A stretch of 64,000 nt of DNA from Candidatus Parcubacteria bacterium (GCA_963718875.1 OY970378.1:324396-388395); one strand, 5' to 3'; positions 16,308-25,242 are shown, numbered from the stretch's first letter. The notes: generated by a model not told the origin, from the sequence alone. Translations and numbers: made by a program.

Positions 16308-16988
16308 TTATTTGTCGAAGCCTTTGCGAACCCGGGCTAAAATATCTGCCGCTAGGTCTCGGCCGCCGAGTCCAAATGCCAAACCACCGGCTAGGGCTAA
16401 CATTACTACCACGGCCGTAAATAAGCGGTCGAGGAAGATGGTGTTGACGCCTAGCTGAGCTAAGGCAGTAAAGGTTACAACCGCCCAAATTGCGTACTTA
16501 GCAATGTTTCCGAGCAGTCCTGCTACACTTGCGCCCATAGCGCGGGCAGCGTTAACAACTACTCGACTGGTTAGATCTGCAACTACACCACCAGCAAACA
16601 GCACAAAGGCGGCTGCAATGACGCTAGGGATGTAGTGGAGCAATCCTTGAACGAGGTTGTTGACCTCAAGGACATGAGCAATCGTAAACGCCTGGAGTAA
16701 GAAGACAATGATGAAAAACCATTTAACGAGATCGCCCAATAGTTCTACAATGTCGTATTTACCCGGGAAAACCGACTCCAAACGTACTTGTTTAGCTAGA
16801 GATCCTAGCTTGATTGCTCGAAGCAAGCGGACGATTAGGCCTTTTAGGACCACCCCAACTACCACACCGATAAGGAACACGACTACGGCAGCTAGGACGT
16901 CTGGTACGCCTACTACAACTTTACGTAGGGCGTCACTTACGCCTGATTGAACAACTTCTGCCCAACTTGAAATGTTTCCAGAATCCAT
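16308..16988 (-). CDS. membrane protein with repeated conserved TM-helix motifs (mechanosensitive-channel-associated TM_helix-like)
   Basis: AAGGAGGTGATAT Shine-Dalgarno before the ATG at 16988. Multiple amphipathic/TM repeats. Confidence 0.45.
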   Translation of the reverse strand: MDSGNISSWAEVVQSGVSDALRKVVVGVPDVLAAVVVFLIGVVVGVVLKGLIVRLLRAIKLGSLAKQVRLESVFPGKYDIVELLGDLVKWFFIIVFLLQAFTIAHVLEVNNLVQGLLHYIPSVIAAAFVLFAGGVVADLTSRVVVNAARAMGASVAGLLGNIAKYAIWAVVTFTALAQLGVNTIFLDRLFTAVVVMLALAGGLAFGLGGRDLAADILARVRKGFDK

Positions 16989-17225
16989 TCTTATATCACC
17001 TCCTTTCTTGATAGGATATCTTGGTAATACTCTATAAAGGTTATGCTTGTCAAATCCGAGCACAACTTTTACGAATAAAGAATATTGAATAAAGAATTAT
17101 GGGTCACGCATTTGAAGGCTGAAACCATAATCTAAATTTATAATCTAGATCCCGGTGTTGTAATGTGCAGGGGTTTGCTATAATCAGCGCATAGGTTAAT
17201 AAGTGTTCATGAGTGGGAGAGGGCG

Positions 17226-17876
17226 ATGTTCGAACAATTATTTGGCTCAAAAACTCGCGTAAAGTTACTCAGTTTGTTTTTAAATAACCCGGGTAGATCG
17301 TATTTTGTACGCGAAATAACTCGCAAAATTGATGAACAAATTAATTCGGTTAGACGTGAGCTATCAAACTTACTTAGCATTGGAATAATAAAATCGGAAG
17401 GCTCTAATAACCGTTTGTATTATGAAGTAAACCCTAAATATGAACATTACAAAGAACTACGTAGCATATTTGCATCCATACCAATTAAAAATAAAGTCAT
17501 CCGTGAAACCAAAGAAGAAGACCAGATTACCAAAAAACTTTTAGCTACTGGTCAAGTGGAGCTAGCGTTTTTGACCGGATCGTTTGTGCACGATAACAAT
17601 GTAGGGGTGGATGTGTGCATTATTGGCGATGTAAACCGGGCGAGTGTTTCAAAAGTAGTCGCAGAGCTAGAAAAAGAGCAGGGTCGGGAGCTTAATTATA
17701 CGATCATGACCCCCGAGGACTACGCTTATCGCACCAACCTCAATGACCGCTTCTTGTCTAGCATTATGGAGGCAAAACGGATAGTGTTGGTTGATGGAGC
17801 AGAAAAGCCGCTCAAACACACCACTGTATCAATACCAGAAGATGCCGAAGAAGTGCCGATTAAAGTTGCGGAATAA
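17226..17876 (+). CDS. winged-HTH transcriptional regulator-like protein with C-terminal domain of unknown function
   Basis: N-terminal ArsR/MarR-like wHTH pattern (TRVKLLSLFLNNPGRSYFVREITRKI). Confidence 0.45.
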   Translation: MFEQLFGSKTRVKLLSLFLNNPGRSYFVREITRKIDEQINSVRRELSNLLSIGIIKSEGSNNRLYYEVNPKYEHYKELRSIFASIPIKNKVIRETKEEDQITKKLLATGQVELAFLTGSFVHDNNVGVDVCIIGDVNRASVSKVVAELEKEQGRELNYTIMTPEDYAYRTNLNDRFLSSIMEAKRIVLVDGAEKPLKHTTVSIPEDAEEVPIKVAE

Positions 17877-17904
17877 CGAAAAAGTTCAAAACTAAAGGAG
17901 TTAA

Positions 17905-18516
17905 TTGTTGGATATATCATATCTTGGCGGCGGAAGTATAAAGCTTAGCGGGCGTTTACTCAATGTAGTGAGCGATCCTGGCAAAAGTAAAAAAGTAACG
18001 GCTGATGTAGTACTTTTAACGGCCGGAAATGTCGGGAATGTGACGGACGGGGCAGGCATGGTCATAGATGGCCCGGGTGAATATGAGGTAAAAGAAGCTC
18101 TAATTACTGGTATACCAACTCGTTTACATGTAGATGCCGAGGGTCAAAATGGCACGGCTTACTTGGTTGATATTGATGATGTAAAAGTAGTTGTACTTGG
18201 CAATGTGGCCCCTGAGCTTACCAATGACGAGCTAGAGCTGTTAGGCGGGGCTGATGTGCTGGTTGTACCAGTTGGTGGAAATGGGCTGACACTTGATGCT
18301 ACTGCGGCTGCGCAGGTGGTAAGTCAAATTGAACCCAAATACGTCATACCGGTCCATTATGATGACGGTGTCAGTAGCTATGCTATGCCGCAAGATAATG
18401 TTGATAAGTTTTTGAGTGAAGTGGGAGCCCAACCAGAGCCAGTGGCTAAGCTGAAAGTTAATAACAAAGAAATGCCGCTAGAAACTACGATTGTAGTGCT
18501 GACTCCGCAAACTTAA
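17905..18516 (+). CDS. MBL-fold hydrolase-like protein (metal-binding motif degenerate)
   Basis: Overall similarity to the UPF0173/MBL fold (VIPVHYDD C-terminal motif shared with the gene at 57107) but lacks HxHxDH. Confidence 0.4.
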   Translation: MLDISYLGGGSIKLSGRLLNVVSDPGKSKKVTADVVLLTAGNVGNVTDGAGMVIDGPGEYEVKEALITGIPTRLHVDAEGQNGTAYLVDIDDVKVVVLGNVAPELTNDELELLGGADVLVVPVGGNGLTLDATAAAQVVSQIEPKYVIPVHYDDGVSSYAMPQDNVDKFLSEVGAQPEPVAKLKVNNKEMPLETTIVVLTPQT

Positions 18517-18600
18517 GCAATCTCTAACAACTAAGTACCAAATCCGAAAGAATCATCCAAGTCCTAACGTTTGAAACCTGAATCAAGAAACTCCCAACCA

Positions 18601-18667
18601 GTCATTCCCTATCGGAAGCCAAACTCTACCAATGTCTAGTTTGGTGCTCCGGATAGGGAATCCAGTT
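18601..18667. repeat. family A element (GTCATTCCCTATCGGAAGCC-aaactct ... agtttgg-TGCTCCGGATAGGGAATCC)
   Basis: Near-perfect long inverted repeat downstream of rpmB. Confidence 0.6.
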
Positions 18668-18697
18668 CCCCGTTTAGCTATTGGTGTTTAATTACTG

Positions 18698-19030
18698 TTA
18701 TTTAGCGGTTTTGGCGGGAGTTTTGGGGGCTTTGGTGGTGCGACTAGACTTGGGGTCGACCTTGGGCTTTTCGGCTGATTCAGTAGATGTTGCAGCATTT
18801 GATGGCTCGGTAGGATTGAGGTTGGCCTCTTTTTCGGCAGCTTTTAGGCGATATTTATCAAGTGTGCGTAAGCATTGGGTGCAAATTTTGACCTGGACAC
18901 GGCTGGTGCCAAGGCTAATATAATGGCGCTGGAGGTTAGGTTTCCAGACCTTTTGGGTTTTGCGTTGAGAAAAGCTGACGTTGTGGCCAAATTGTTTTCC
19001 TTTGCCACAGATGTCGCAAGCGTAAGACAT
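18698..19030 (-). CDS. rpmB: 50S ribosomal protein L28 with Lys/Ala/Pro-rich C-terminal extension
   Basis: CDICGKG ... GHNVS ... KVWKPNLQ motif. Confidence 0.85.
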   Translation of the reverse strand: MSYACDICGKGKQFGHNVSFSQRKTQKVWKPNLQRHYISLGTSRVQVKICTQCLRTLDKYRLKAAEKEANLNPTEPSNAATSTESAEKPKVDPKSSRTTKAPKTPAKTAK

Positions 19031-19096
19031 AACTACTACCTTTAAATCTTAGTTAGTTTAGCTGATCTGTAGCTTAAAGTCAACGAGGCTAGATTG

Positions 19097-19154
19097 AAAA
19101 GTCGGACTTCAAATCTGGTTTCTAGGACGATGAAGATTAAAGTCCGACTTTAAT
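19097..19154. repeat. family B hairpin element (AAAAGTCGGACTTCAAATCTGG ... GATTAAAGTCCGACTTTAAT)
   Basis: Compensatory change (CGGAC/GTCCG) preserves pairing. Confidence 0.6.
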
Positions 19155-19233
19155 ACGGTTTGTAAATGAAAACGGGGGAGGCGCCGGGCGGATGCCCGGG
19201 CGTCTCCCCCGTGGGGGACTTGTTGTTCGACTG

Positions 19234-19734
19234 TCAGCGTCGGCTGGGGGTGCCGCCCCTGACCACCCGTTGGGTGGGGGTGGGGTTAGCTGCCGTAGGG
19301 CGGCGGTCTGTCTTGGCCCTGCGGATTCGGGCCGCACGCTGCCTGGCGCTTCTGTCCAGGACAATGCGCTCGTCGATCGAGTGATAGAGACGGTCGATCA
19401 GGCCAGTGATCACTTCGGCGATGAGGATGCCGATGAAGCCGATGACGGAGGCGCCGAAGAAGACGATTGGCAGGTGGAGGTACGGGTGGAACTGGTCGAG
19501 TTCGGAGGCGACGGTGTTGGTGATGCCCGTCCCGATGAACAAGAAGAAGACACTCGCCAACAATCCACCGATCTCGGAGTCGAAGATCATGGTCATCAGG
19601 TAGCGGCACATGGCGCCGACGGTGAGAGCCACGACGGCAACGATCATGCCGATCTCGAGCATCATGACGAACTCGACGAACCCGTTGTGGCTCGCGTAGA
19701 GGTGCCACAACGGAGCGATCATGCCGAGGAGCAT
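19234..19734 (-). CDS. hypothetical membrane protein, high-GC island (start uncertain)
   Basis: 4-5 TM helices and an Arg-rich C-terminal tail. GC about 62% by eye. The opposite-strand ORF 19192-19818 is acidic low-complexity and judged antisense noise. Confidence 0.4.
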   Translation of the reverse strand: MLLGMIAPLWHLYASHNGFVEFVMMLEIGMIVAVVALTVGAMCRYLMTMIFDSEIGGLLASVFFLFIGTGITNTVASELDQFHPYLHLPIVFFGASVIGFIGILIAEVITGLIDRLYHSIDERIVLDRSARQRAARIRRAKTDRRPTAANPTPTQRVVRGGTPSRR

Positions 19735-19951
19735 GACGAGGGTAGCGTTGGCCGCCCTCTGGAAGGAAGATTTCAAAGTTCTACCTGCTTTCGGAAAGGG
19801 TGGTTTCTCCACCGGTAAACTTACGAGCCCATTATTACGCTTTTTGACGTAAATGTCAAGGATTTTCTTTCTTCGCCCCACTCTAGACCGAACTCAGCGT
19901 AATGTAGAACGAAAGATCGGAGGCTAGTGTGCTTAATGCTACAATGACATT

Positions 19952-20569
19952 ATGGAAATCATTAATCTTTTAATAGCGCTTGTTTTGAGCTTAACTCTGC
20001 ACGAATTTATGCATGGTTATGTAGGCTACCTACTGGGTGATGATACAGCCAAAGACCAGGGTCGACTCACTCTTAACCCAATAGCCCATATAGATCCGTT
20101 TACTACCTTGGCGCTGCCCTTACTATTAATATTAGTGGGTTCGCCGATAGTGTTTGGAGCGGCTAAGCCAGTGCCATTTAAGCCTTGGGCGCTGCGTTAT
20201 GGCAAGTGGGGAGCAGCATTAGTGGCGGTAGCGGGTCCTCTAACCAACTTGTTTATAGCCGTATTTATTGGATTGTGGCTAAGGTTTATAGATGTCCCCT
20301 CAGGTATTGCGTCATTGTTGGTGTCGATTATCACTGTAAATTTAGCCTTCTTTGTGTTTAACATGATTCCTTTCCCGCCACTTGATGGCTCCAGGGTGCT
20401 TTACGCCCTGGCACCTCACGGATTGCGTGAGGTGATGGACAAAATTGAAGCAGCCGGTTTTATGGCAATCGCGCTATTTATCTTGGTGTTTTACAGCGTA
20501 ATCGGCCGTTATATGGGTATGATTATAGAGTTTTTAATGCAGTTATTGGTGCCAGGTTTGCGTTTATAA
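19952..20569 (+). CDS. site-2 protease family zinc metalloprotease (peptidase M50)
   Basis: HEFMHG (HExxH) and NMIPFPPLDGSRV (LDG) motifs. Confidence 0.75.
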   Translation: MEIINLLIALVLSLTLHEFMHGYVGYLLGDDTAKDQGRLTLNPIAHIDPFTTLALPLLLILVGSPIVFGAAKPVPFKPWALRYGKWGAALVAVAGPLTNLFIAVFIGLWLRFIDVPSGIASLLVSIITVNLAFFVFNMIPFPPLDGSRVLYALAPHGLREVMDKIEAAGFMAIALFILVFYSVIGRYMGMIIEFLMQLLVPGLRL

Positions 20570-20980
20570 GTTTAGTTTTTTCGTTGGTGCGATTGATTAG
20601 GGTTTAGATCTTAGAATTTAGTGCTTATAATATAGGTAGCTCTGCGACATTGGTGAATCTTGACCAAATTTTCCTGTTAACATTCTATCGGGTGTCTCGC
20701 TTTAGCGAGACGAGCCTAAGATTGTTCCAGCCCGTGGGCTGCGGACTGAAGGTACCCACCTGTCTTAAGGCAGGGAAGAATGGGTTAAGTTACCGTGGAG
20801 CGGAGTTATGTGATTATCGCTTTGAGGGACCTTAACGGTCTCTTTTAAGTTATAATCACAAGGACCCAGGGTGCAAGAGAGAAGGATGCAAATAAATCTC
20901 TAATCTCAAATCTACACCCTAAGTATTGTAATTTGTTTCTTGGGGCTTGTTTCTTCCTGGTAAAAAAGAAAATTGGAAAT

Positions 20981-21001
20981 TGCTCCGTTAGCTGACGGAA
21001 T
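20981..21001 (+). repeat. family D module core, partial copy 16 nt upstream of tRNA-Pro
   Basis: TGCTCCGTTAGCTGACGGAAT. Confidence 0.5.
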
Positions 21002-21016
21002 TGAAAATTGATGCCG

Positions 21017-21090
21017 GGGTGTGGCGCAGTTGGTAGCGCGTACGGCTGGGGGCCGTGAGGCCGCAGGTTCGAGTCCTGTCACCCCGACCA
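21017..21090 (+). tRNA. tRNA-Pro (anticodon GGG)
   Basis: Acceptor CGGGGTG/CACCCCG, anticodon stem TACGG/CCGTG with loop CTGGGGG, T-loop TTCGAGT, encoded CCA. Confidence 0.8.
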
Positions 21091-21133
21091 GCTTTTAAGG
21101 CCTATTTCTTTATTTTTATAGGACAACACGAAT

Positions 21134-21152
21134 CCAGAGGTTTAACCTCTAG
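21134..21152. repeat. cassette-boundary palindrome copy 1 (CCAGAGGTTTAACCTCTAG)
   Basis: 19-bp near-perfect palindrome 44 bp downstream of tRNA-Pro. Confidence 0.8.
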
Positions 21153-21257
21153 CTCTGATAATACTTTCAAAATGCCGTCCTGAAACTTCAATTTATTGAT
21201 TGAAAACTCGGGATGGTACCGGAGACCCTGCGCGTGCACGGTCTCCGGTGGTTGTTG

Positions 21258-21992
21258 CTACCTCTCGTGAGGTGGGCGGAAGAGGATCCGGAGGTCCTCC
21301 TTGTAGCCCAGTCGCTCGAGGATGAGCGAGAGGACTCCGTTGAAGCTGTTCTTGGAGTCGGGACAAGCTTCCTCTAGTGAGTAGCTCAGGACTTCCACCC
21401 CCGGACGAACCGGAAGGTAGCCGTGGCGGTCCTTGCTGTGCGGGTCGCGCACGTGGACTGTGAGGCTCTCTAGCGTCAGCTCGATGTGCTCGAGCGTTCC
21501 GCTGAGGTGGTACTGCCCGTTGATGCGGTAGATGACGATCTCGCCTCCGATGTAGCCGGAGAGTTGATCATTGGCGATGAGGTCGGCGATCCAGTTGCGC
21601 TTGGGGATGATGCCCCACGCGATGGCTCGTGGGCCCTTCTCACCCGGTACTACCTTCATGATGATGCGACTGGGGTTGCGCCCGCGCGAGCGGACGTAGC
21701 TCTCAGTTGAGGGCTTGTCGGTCAGGACGGGTTCGTCGGCGGTGCCGGTGACCTCACGGCATCCCTCCTTGCGGAAGAACACCGAGATGGGTCGACGCTG
21801 CTGATCGCGAACGCCGCTCTGTTCGGCGAAGCCGAACCCCTTGGCATCATCGTAGTGCGTGACGTATCCCGTCGCGATGACGGGGGTGTTGCTGGACTGG
21901 TTGCTCACGGTACACTCCTTCGAAGATCGTTCGGATGAACTGGTACAGGCTTGTGAGCCCGCACCTCTCGAAGAAGGTATCGCGTCTTGCAC
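21258..21992 (-). CDS. cold-shock-domain-like protein with C-terminal extension, high-GC island (start uncertain)
   Basis: GYVTHYDDAKGFGFA resembles the CSD RNP motif. GC about 60% by eye. Confidence 0.4.
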   Translation of the reverse strand: MQDAIPSSRGAGSQACTSSSERSSKECTVSNQSSNTPVIATGYVTHYDDAKGFGFAEQSGVRDQQRRPISVFFRKEGCREVTGTADEPVLTDKPSTESYVRSRGRNPSRIIMKVVPGEKGPRAIAWGIIPKRNWIADLIANDQLSGYIGGEIVIYRINGQYHLSGTLEHIELTLESLTVHVRDPHSKDRHGYLPVRPGVEVLSYSLEEACPDSKNSFNGVLSLILERLGYKEDLRILFRPPHER

Positions 21993-22143
21993 AAGATGCG
22001 GGAGTAGGAGGGGTTACCTACATAAGTTGGGCTTTCTCGGTTTGTTGCCGGTGCACCACGCCACAGCCGATCCTCCTTTCAAAAGTAGTCGGATGGACGA
22101 AGATAACTAGTATTATATCATACTCTTATAACAATTGCAAAAT

Positions 22144-22162
22144 CTAGAGGTTAAACCTCTGG
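22144..22162. repeat. cassette-boundary palindrome copy 2 (CTAGAGGTTAAACCTCTGG, reverse complement of copy 1)
   Basis: Exact reverse complement of copy 1. Confidence 0.8.
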
Positions 22163-22176
22163 CTATACCGACGTAG

Positions 22177-23022
22177 CTAGCAGTTGGGTTTTAGTGCGGC
22201 CGCTCCCTCGTTGCCAATCTTTTGCATCGGCGTAGCTCGGTTCCAGACGTAGTTAAATAGCTGTTTTTGCATATGGGCCAAAGCTTTGCTGTGGACCTCG
22301 ATGCAAAAGATTTCGCCATTCAAGTAGGTGTACATGGCAAAAGTGTTGTTATAAATCAGTAGCTCAAATTTAACCTCGAGCTCCTTGGGGTCGATGTAGC
22401 GTGGCTCCCAAAATTTTACAACTTGCTCGGTAACTTTTGTCCAGGGAGGCATTTCAGTTAAGCTAGTGAGTTCGCGGGTGTGGATTTTGCGCTTCACTAA
22501 GTCTTGACGGACTTCTTCGGCAAAGCCAAAATCCAGGAAAGCTGACATGTCTTTGAGCTCATAGATGAGTAATTCGTCTTTGGCTTCGAGTGAGTTCAAT
22601 GTGATCTGCTTAAGACCCTCAATGCCTGAGTAATAGCGCAGACGTGATCCCATACCGTCGTCGCTTAACAGATTGGCAATATCGCCGAACACGCTGGGGA
22701 GTGAATGTTTAAGCTCGGCTGTCTTAGCTTCTTGGGTTTTAATTAGACCTTCAAGGTTTTGATAGGGTTGAGCCTGGAACCGTAAACCGCTTTCATTAAC
22801 AAAACTTTTGGTGAGGTTTTTGTCACGTAAACGCTCGAGCAAGCGATAAACCTTGCTGCGGCCAATTTTGGTTAAACGGCTAAGCTCAAGAACCGAAATG
22901 GCGTCGTGTTGCAATAAGGTTAGATACACCGTTGATTCGTCGGCATCGAGGCCCAACGTTATCAAGTGAGCAGTTATATTGTCTATTTCTGTGGACATGC
23001 TTGTTTTATTCATACTGTACAA
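22177..23022 (-). CDS. TrmB-family transcriptional regulator
   Basis: N-terminal TrmB HTH (LGLDADESTVYLTLLQHDAISVLELSRLTKIGRSKVYRLLERLRDKNL) plus a C-terminal sugar-binding-like domain. Confidence 0.65.
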   Translation of the reverse strand: MYSMNKTSMSTEIDNITAHLITLGLDADESTVYLTLLQHDAISVLELSRLTKIGRSKVYRLLERLRDKNLTKSFVNESGLRFQAQPYQNLEGLIKTQEAKTAELKHSLPSVFGDIANLLSDDGMGSRLRYYSGIEGLKQITLNSLEAKDELLIYELKDMSAFLDFGFAEEVRQDLVKRKIHTRELTSLTEMPPWTKVTEQVVKFWEPRYIDPKELEVKFELLIYNNTFAMYTYLNGEIFCIEVHSKALAHMQKQLFNYVWNRATPMQKIGNEGAAALKPNC

Positions 23023-23079
23023 TCCAGGTTATGTGTGCTATGTTAAGGTATAAATACACATTTAGCAAGGATATAATCA

Positions 23080-23847
23080 ATGTCTATTTCTGTAGACAGC
23101 ACGATTAAAACTAAAACGGCTTTGGTTACGGGTGTATCCCGAGGAATAGGGAAAGCTATTTGCGAACAGTTGAGCGTTGAGGGGTATCGAGTTATTGGTA
23201 CGTACAACCAGGGGCTGGAAGAGTCGCAAACGCTGCAGCGAGAGTTGGGTGAGGTGGAGTTTTTTCAGGTCGATTTTGGCAATCGAGCTGAAACCACCAC
23301 CTTTTTAGAGGTTTTGAAGGGGCGAAAGTTTGAGGCCATTGTTAATAACGCCGGGACTATCGACTTTCAGCAGTTTAGTAAGTATGAAATGAAGGGTTGG
23401 GATAATACACTTGAGGTCAATTTGGGTGTGCCTATGTTGCTGGTGGCGGGCTTGCAGCATAATATTTGTGATGGTGGTTCGGTAGTTAATATTGCCAGCA
23501 CAGATGGATCGATAGGCTCGTTTGCAAGCATTGCTTATTCAGCCAGCAAGTCGGCCTTAATGAATGTCACCAAGAGTCTGGCTAATAATCTGGGCTCTCG
23601 GGGTATACGAGTAAATGCTGTGGCACCTGGGTGGATTAATACCGATATGGATACAGAAGTAGTGGGGGAGTCAGAAAAGCTGACACCGCTCGGAAGAAAT
23701 GGTACACCGGGGGAAGTTGCGGATTTGGTGAGTTTTTTATTGTCGGATAAGGCTGCTTTCATTACTGGAGCTACAGTTGTCATCGATGGCGGATACACCT
23801 GCGTCGATTACGTTATGAAGCTGGAAAACGAGTTGGAACAGGGCTAG
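23080..23847 (+). CDS. SDR-family oxidoreductase (3-oxoacyl-ACP reductase-like)
   Basis: TGVSRGIGKA Rossmann motif, NNAG, and YSASKSA (YxxxK) motif. Stop codon TAG lies inside palindrome copy 3. Confidence 0.75.
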   Translation: MSISVDSTIKTKTALVTGVSRGIGKAICEQLSVEGYRVIGTYNQGLEESQTLQRELGEVEFFQVDFGNRAETTTFLEVLKGRKFEAIVNNAGTIDFQQFSKYEMKGWDNTLEVNLGVPMLLVAGLQHNICDGGSVVNIASTDGSIGSFASIAYSASKSALMNVTKSLANNLGSRGIRVNAVAPGWINTDMDTEVVGESEKLTPLGRNGTPGEVADLVSFLLSDKAAFITGATVVIDGGYTCVDYVMKLENELEQG

Positions 23848-23862
23848 AGGTTAAACCTCTAG
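23844..23862. repeat. cassette-boundary palindrome copy 3 (CTAGAGGTTAAACCTCTAG, perfect)
   Basis: Perfect 19-bp palindrome. Confidence 0.8.
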
Positions 23863-23958
23863 CTGATTTTAAGACGAACCCGCCCCGTCAAGCCCATCGT
23901 TGTATATTCACATTAAACGGTTTTTTTAAATAAGACTACACTCGGCTATAATTGACTT

Positions 23959-24723
23959 ATGAAAGGTGATATACCGTTGCGGTTTACTAAAGGAGTGGAA
24001 GCGATTAAATCGCTACAATACTACCCACGTTATCAGGCGGCCTTTATATTTGGTTCGGTAGCCGAAGGCACAAGTACGGCCAAAAGTGATCTTGATGTAA
24101 GAGTGCTAGTCGACCAGGATAACGACTGTCAAAACGTAAATCATCCAATGTTTGATGAATATAAAATGGATCTATCATTTCGATCATTTGCTCAGATCAA
24201 GCTTGATGCCGAAAAAGATTTTGAGAAGCGTGAAAGACGACCCATCTTAGCTACCTCTAAGATTATTTTTGACAAGACGGGCGAAATAACAAACTTACAA
24301 AGTAAAGCCCGCCAGGTAGAACCAGAGAGGCTTAAGGGTAAAGACTACTTATTTATCCAGTTTATGCTTTATCATGCCAACGACAAGGTAGAGCGTTATA
24401 TTGAGGAGGATCCGCCGTCGGCGCTTTATTCTATGCATGCCAACATTGGTGATATATTGAAGTACCATTACCGTTTGAATGGTCGATGGTGGGTGAGTAG
24501 TAAGAGGATATTGGATGATTTAGAGACATGGGATGCCGAACTGGCGGGTTTGTTAAAGAAGTTTGTTGCCACTCCTGACGTAAGAACAAAATATAGTTAT
24601 TGGTCAGCTATTATTGATCACGTGACTGCTCAAATGGGAGGACGGCAGCCAATTGCGGAAAATAACTGCGATTGTAATGTTTGTAAGGTGGATATGGCCA
24701 CTTTAATGGGCGAATCTGGCTAA
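23959..24723 (+). CDS. nucleotidyltransferase-fold protein, AadA/Lnu-like (candidate aminoglycoside/lincosamide nucleotidyltransferase)
   Basis: FIFGSVAEGTSTAKSDLDVRVLV matches the GS-x9-13-DxD minimal NTase motif at the position seen in ANT(3'')/Lnu(F)-type enzymes. About 250 aa with a helical C-terminal domain. Confidence 0.5.
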   Translation: MKGDIPLRFTKGVEAIKSLQYYPRYQAAFIFGSVAEGTSTAKSDLDVRVLVDQDNDCQNVNHPMFDEYKMDLSFRSFAQIKLDAEKDFEKRERRPILATSKIIFDKTGEITNLQSKARQVEPERLKGKDYLFIQFMLYHANDKVERYIEEDPPSALYSMHANIGDILKYHYRLNGRWWVSSKRILDDLETWDAELAGLLKKFVATPDVRTKYSYWSAIIDHVTAQMGGRQPIAENNCDCNVCKVDMATLMGESG

Positions 24724-24771
24724 AGCGCGGCGATTCGCCGCTAAGGATAGAAAAACCTTCACCTAGCAGAT

Positions 24772-24790
24772 CCAGAGGTTTAACCTCTGG
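24772..24790. repeat. cassette-boundary palindrome copy 4 (CCAGAGGTTTAACCTCTGG, perfect)
   Basis: Perfect 19-bp palindrome 24 bp upstream of rnhA. Confidence 0.8.
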
Positions 24791-24813
24791 AAAACAATTG
24801 TTATGATAAGATC

Positions 24814-25242
24814 ATGTCTATGACATATGATGAAATAAAGATTTTTACTGATGGCGGGTCGCGCGGGAACCCTGGTCCTGCGGCGTCGGGTGTTGTAATA
24901 TTGACAACGCAAAATGACGTGATTGAAGCGTTTGGGCGTTTTCTGGGCTCAACCACAAATAACATAGCAGAGTGGAGTGCTGTTGAGTTTGCCCTTGAAG
25001 AAGCCAAAAAATATAGCCCAAAACGAATACATTTTTTTATGGACAGCGAATTGGTTTGCAAGCAACTTAATGGTCAATATCGCGTGAAGCATCCCGGACT
25101 CATTCCAATACATGAAAGGGTGGTAAGGCTAGCCAAGCAGTTTGACGTTAATTTTCAGCACGTTTACAGAGAACATAATAAGTTGGCAGATGCGCAGGTA
25201 AACATTGCGATTGATGCGGCGCTGGGTATAAAGCCGAAATAG
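24814..25242 (+). CDS. rnhA: ribonuclease HI
   Basis: FTDGGSRGNPGPAASG ... EWSAVEFAL ... REHNKLAD catalytic DEDD pattern. Confidence 0.8.
   Translation: MSMTYDEIKIFTDGGSRGNPGPAASGVVILTTQNDVIEAFGRFLGSTTNNIAEWSAVEFALEEAKKYSPKRIHFFMDSELVCKQLNGQYRVKHPGLIPIHERVVRLAKQFDVNFQHVYREHNKLADAQVNIAIDAALGIKPK

Noticed and set aside
16708-16950. 80-aa plus-strand ORF
   Set aside because: Antisense to the membrane-protein gene at 16308-16988. Thr/Arg/Pro-rich.
19286-19708. 140-aa minus-strand Arg/His/Asp-rich ORF
   Set aside because: Off-frame reading within the high-GC membrane-protein gene.
19192-19818. 208-aa plus-strand ORF in the high-GC block
   Set aside because: Composition is Asp/Glu/Gly/His low-complexity typical of an antisense reading of GC-rich coding DNA. 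The minus-strand membrane protein is the more protein-like frame.
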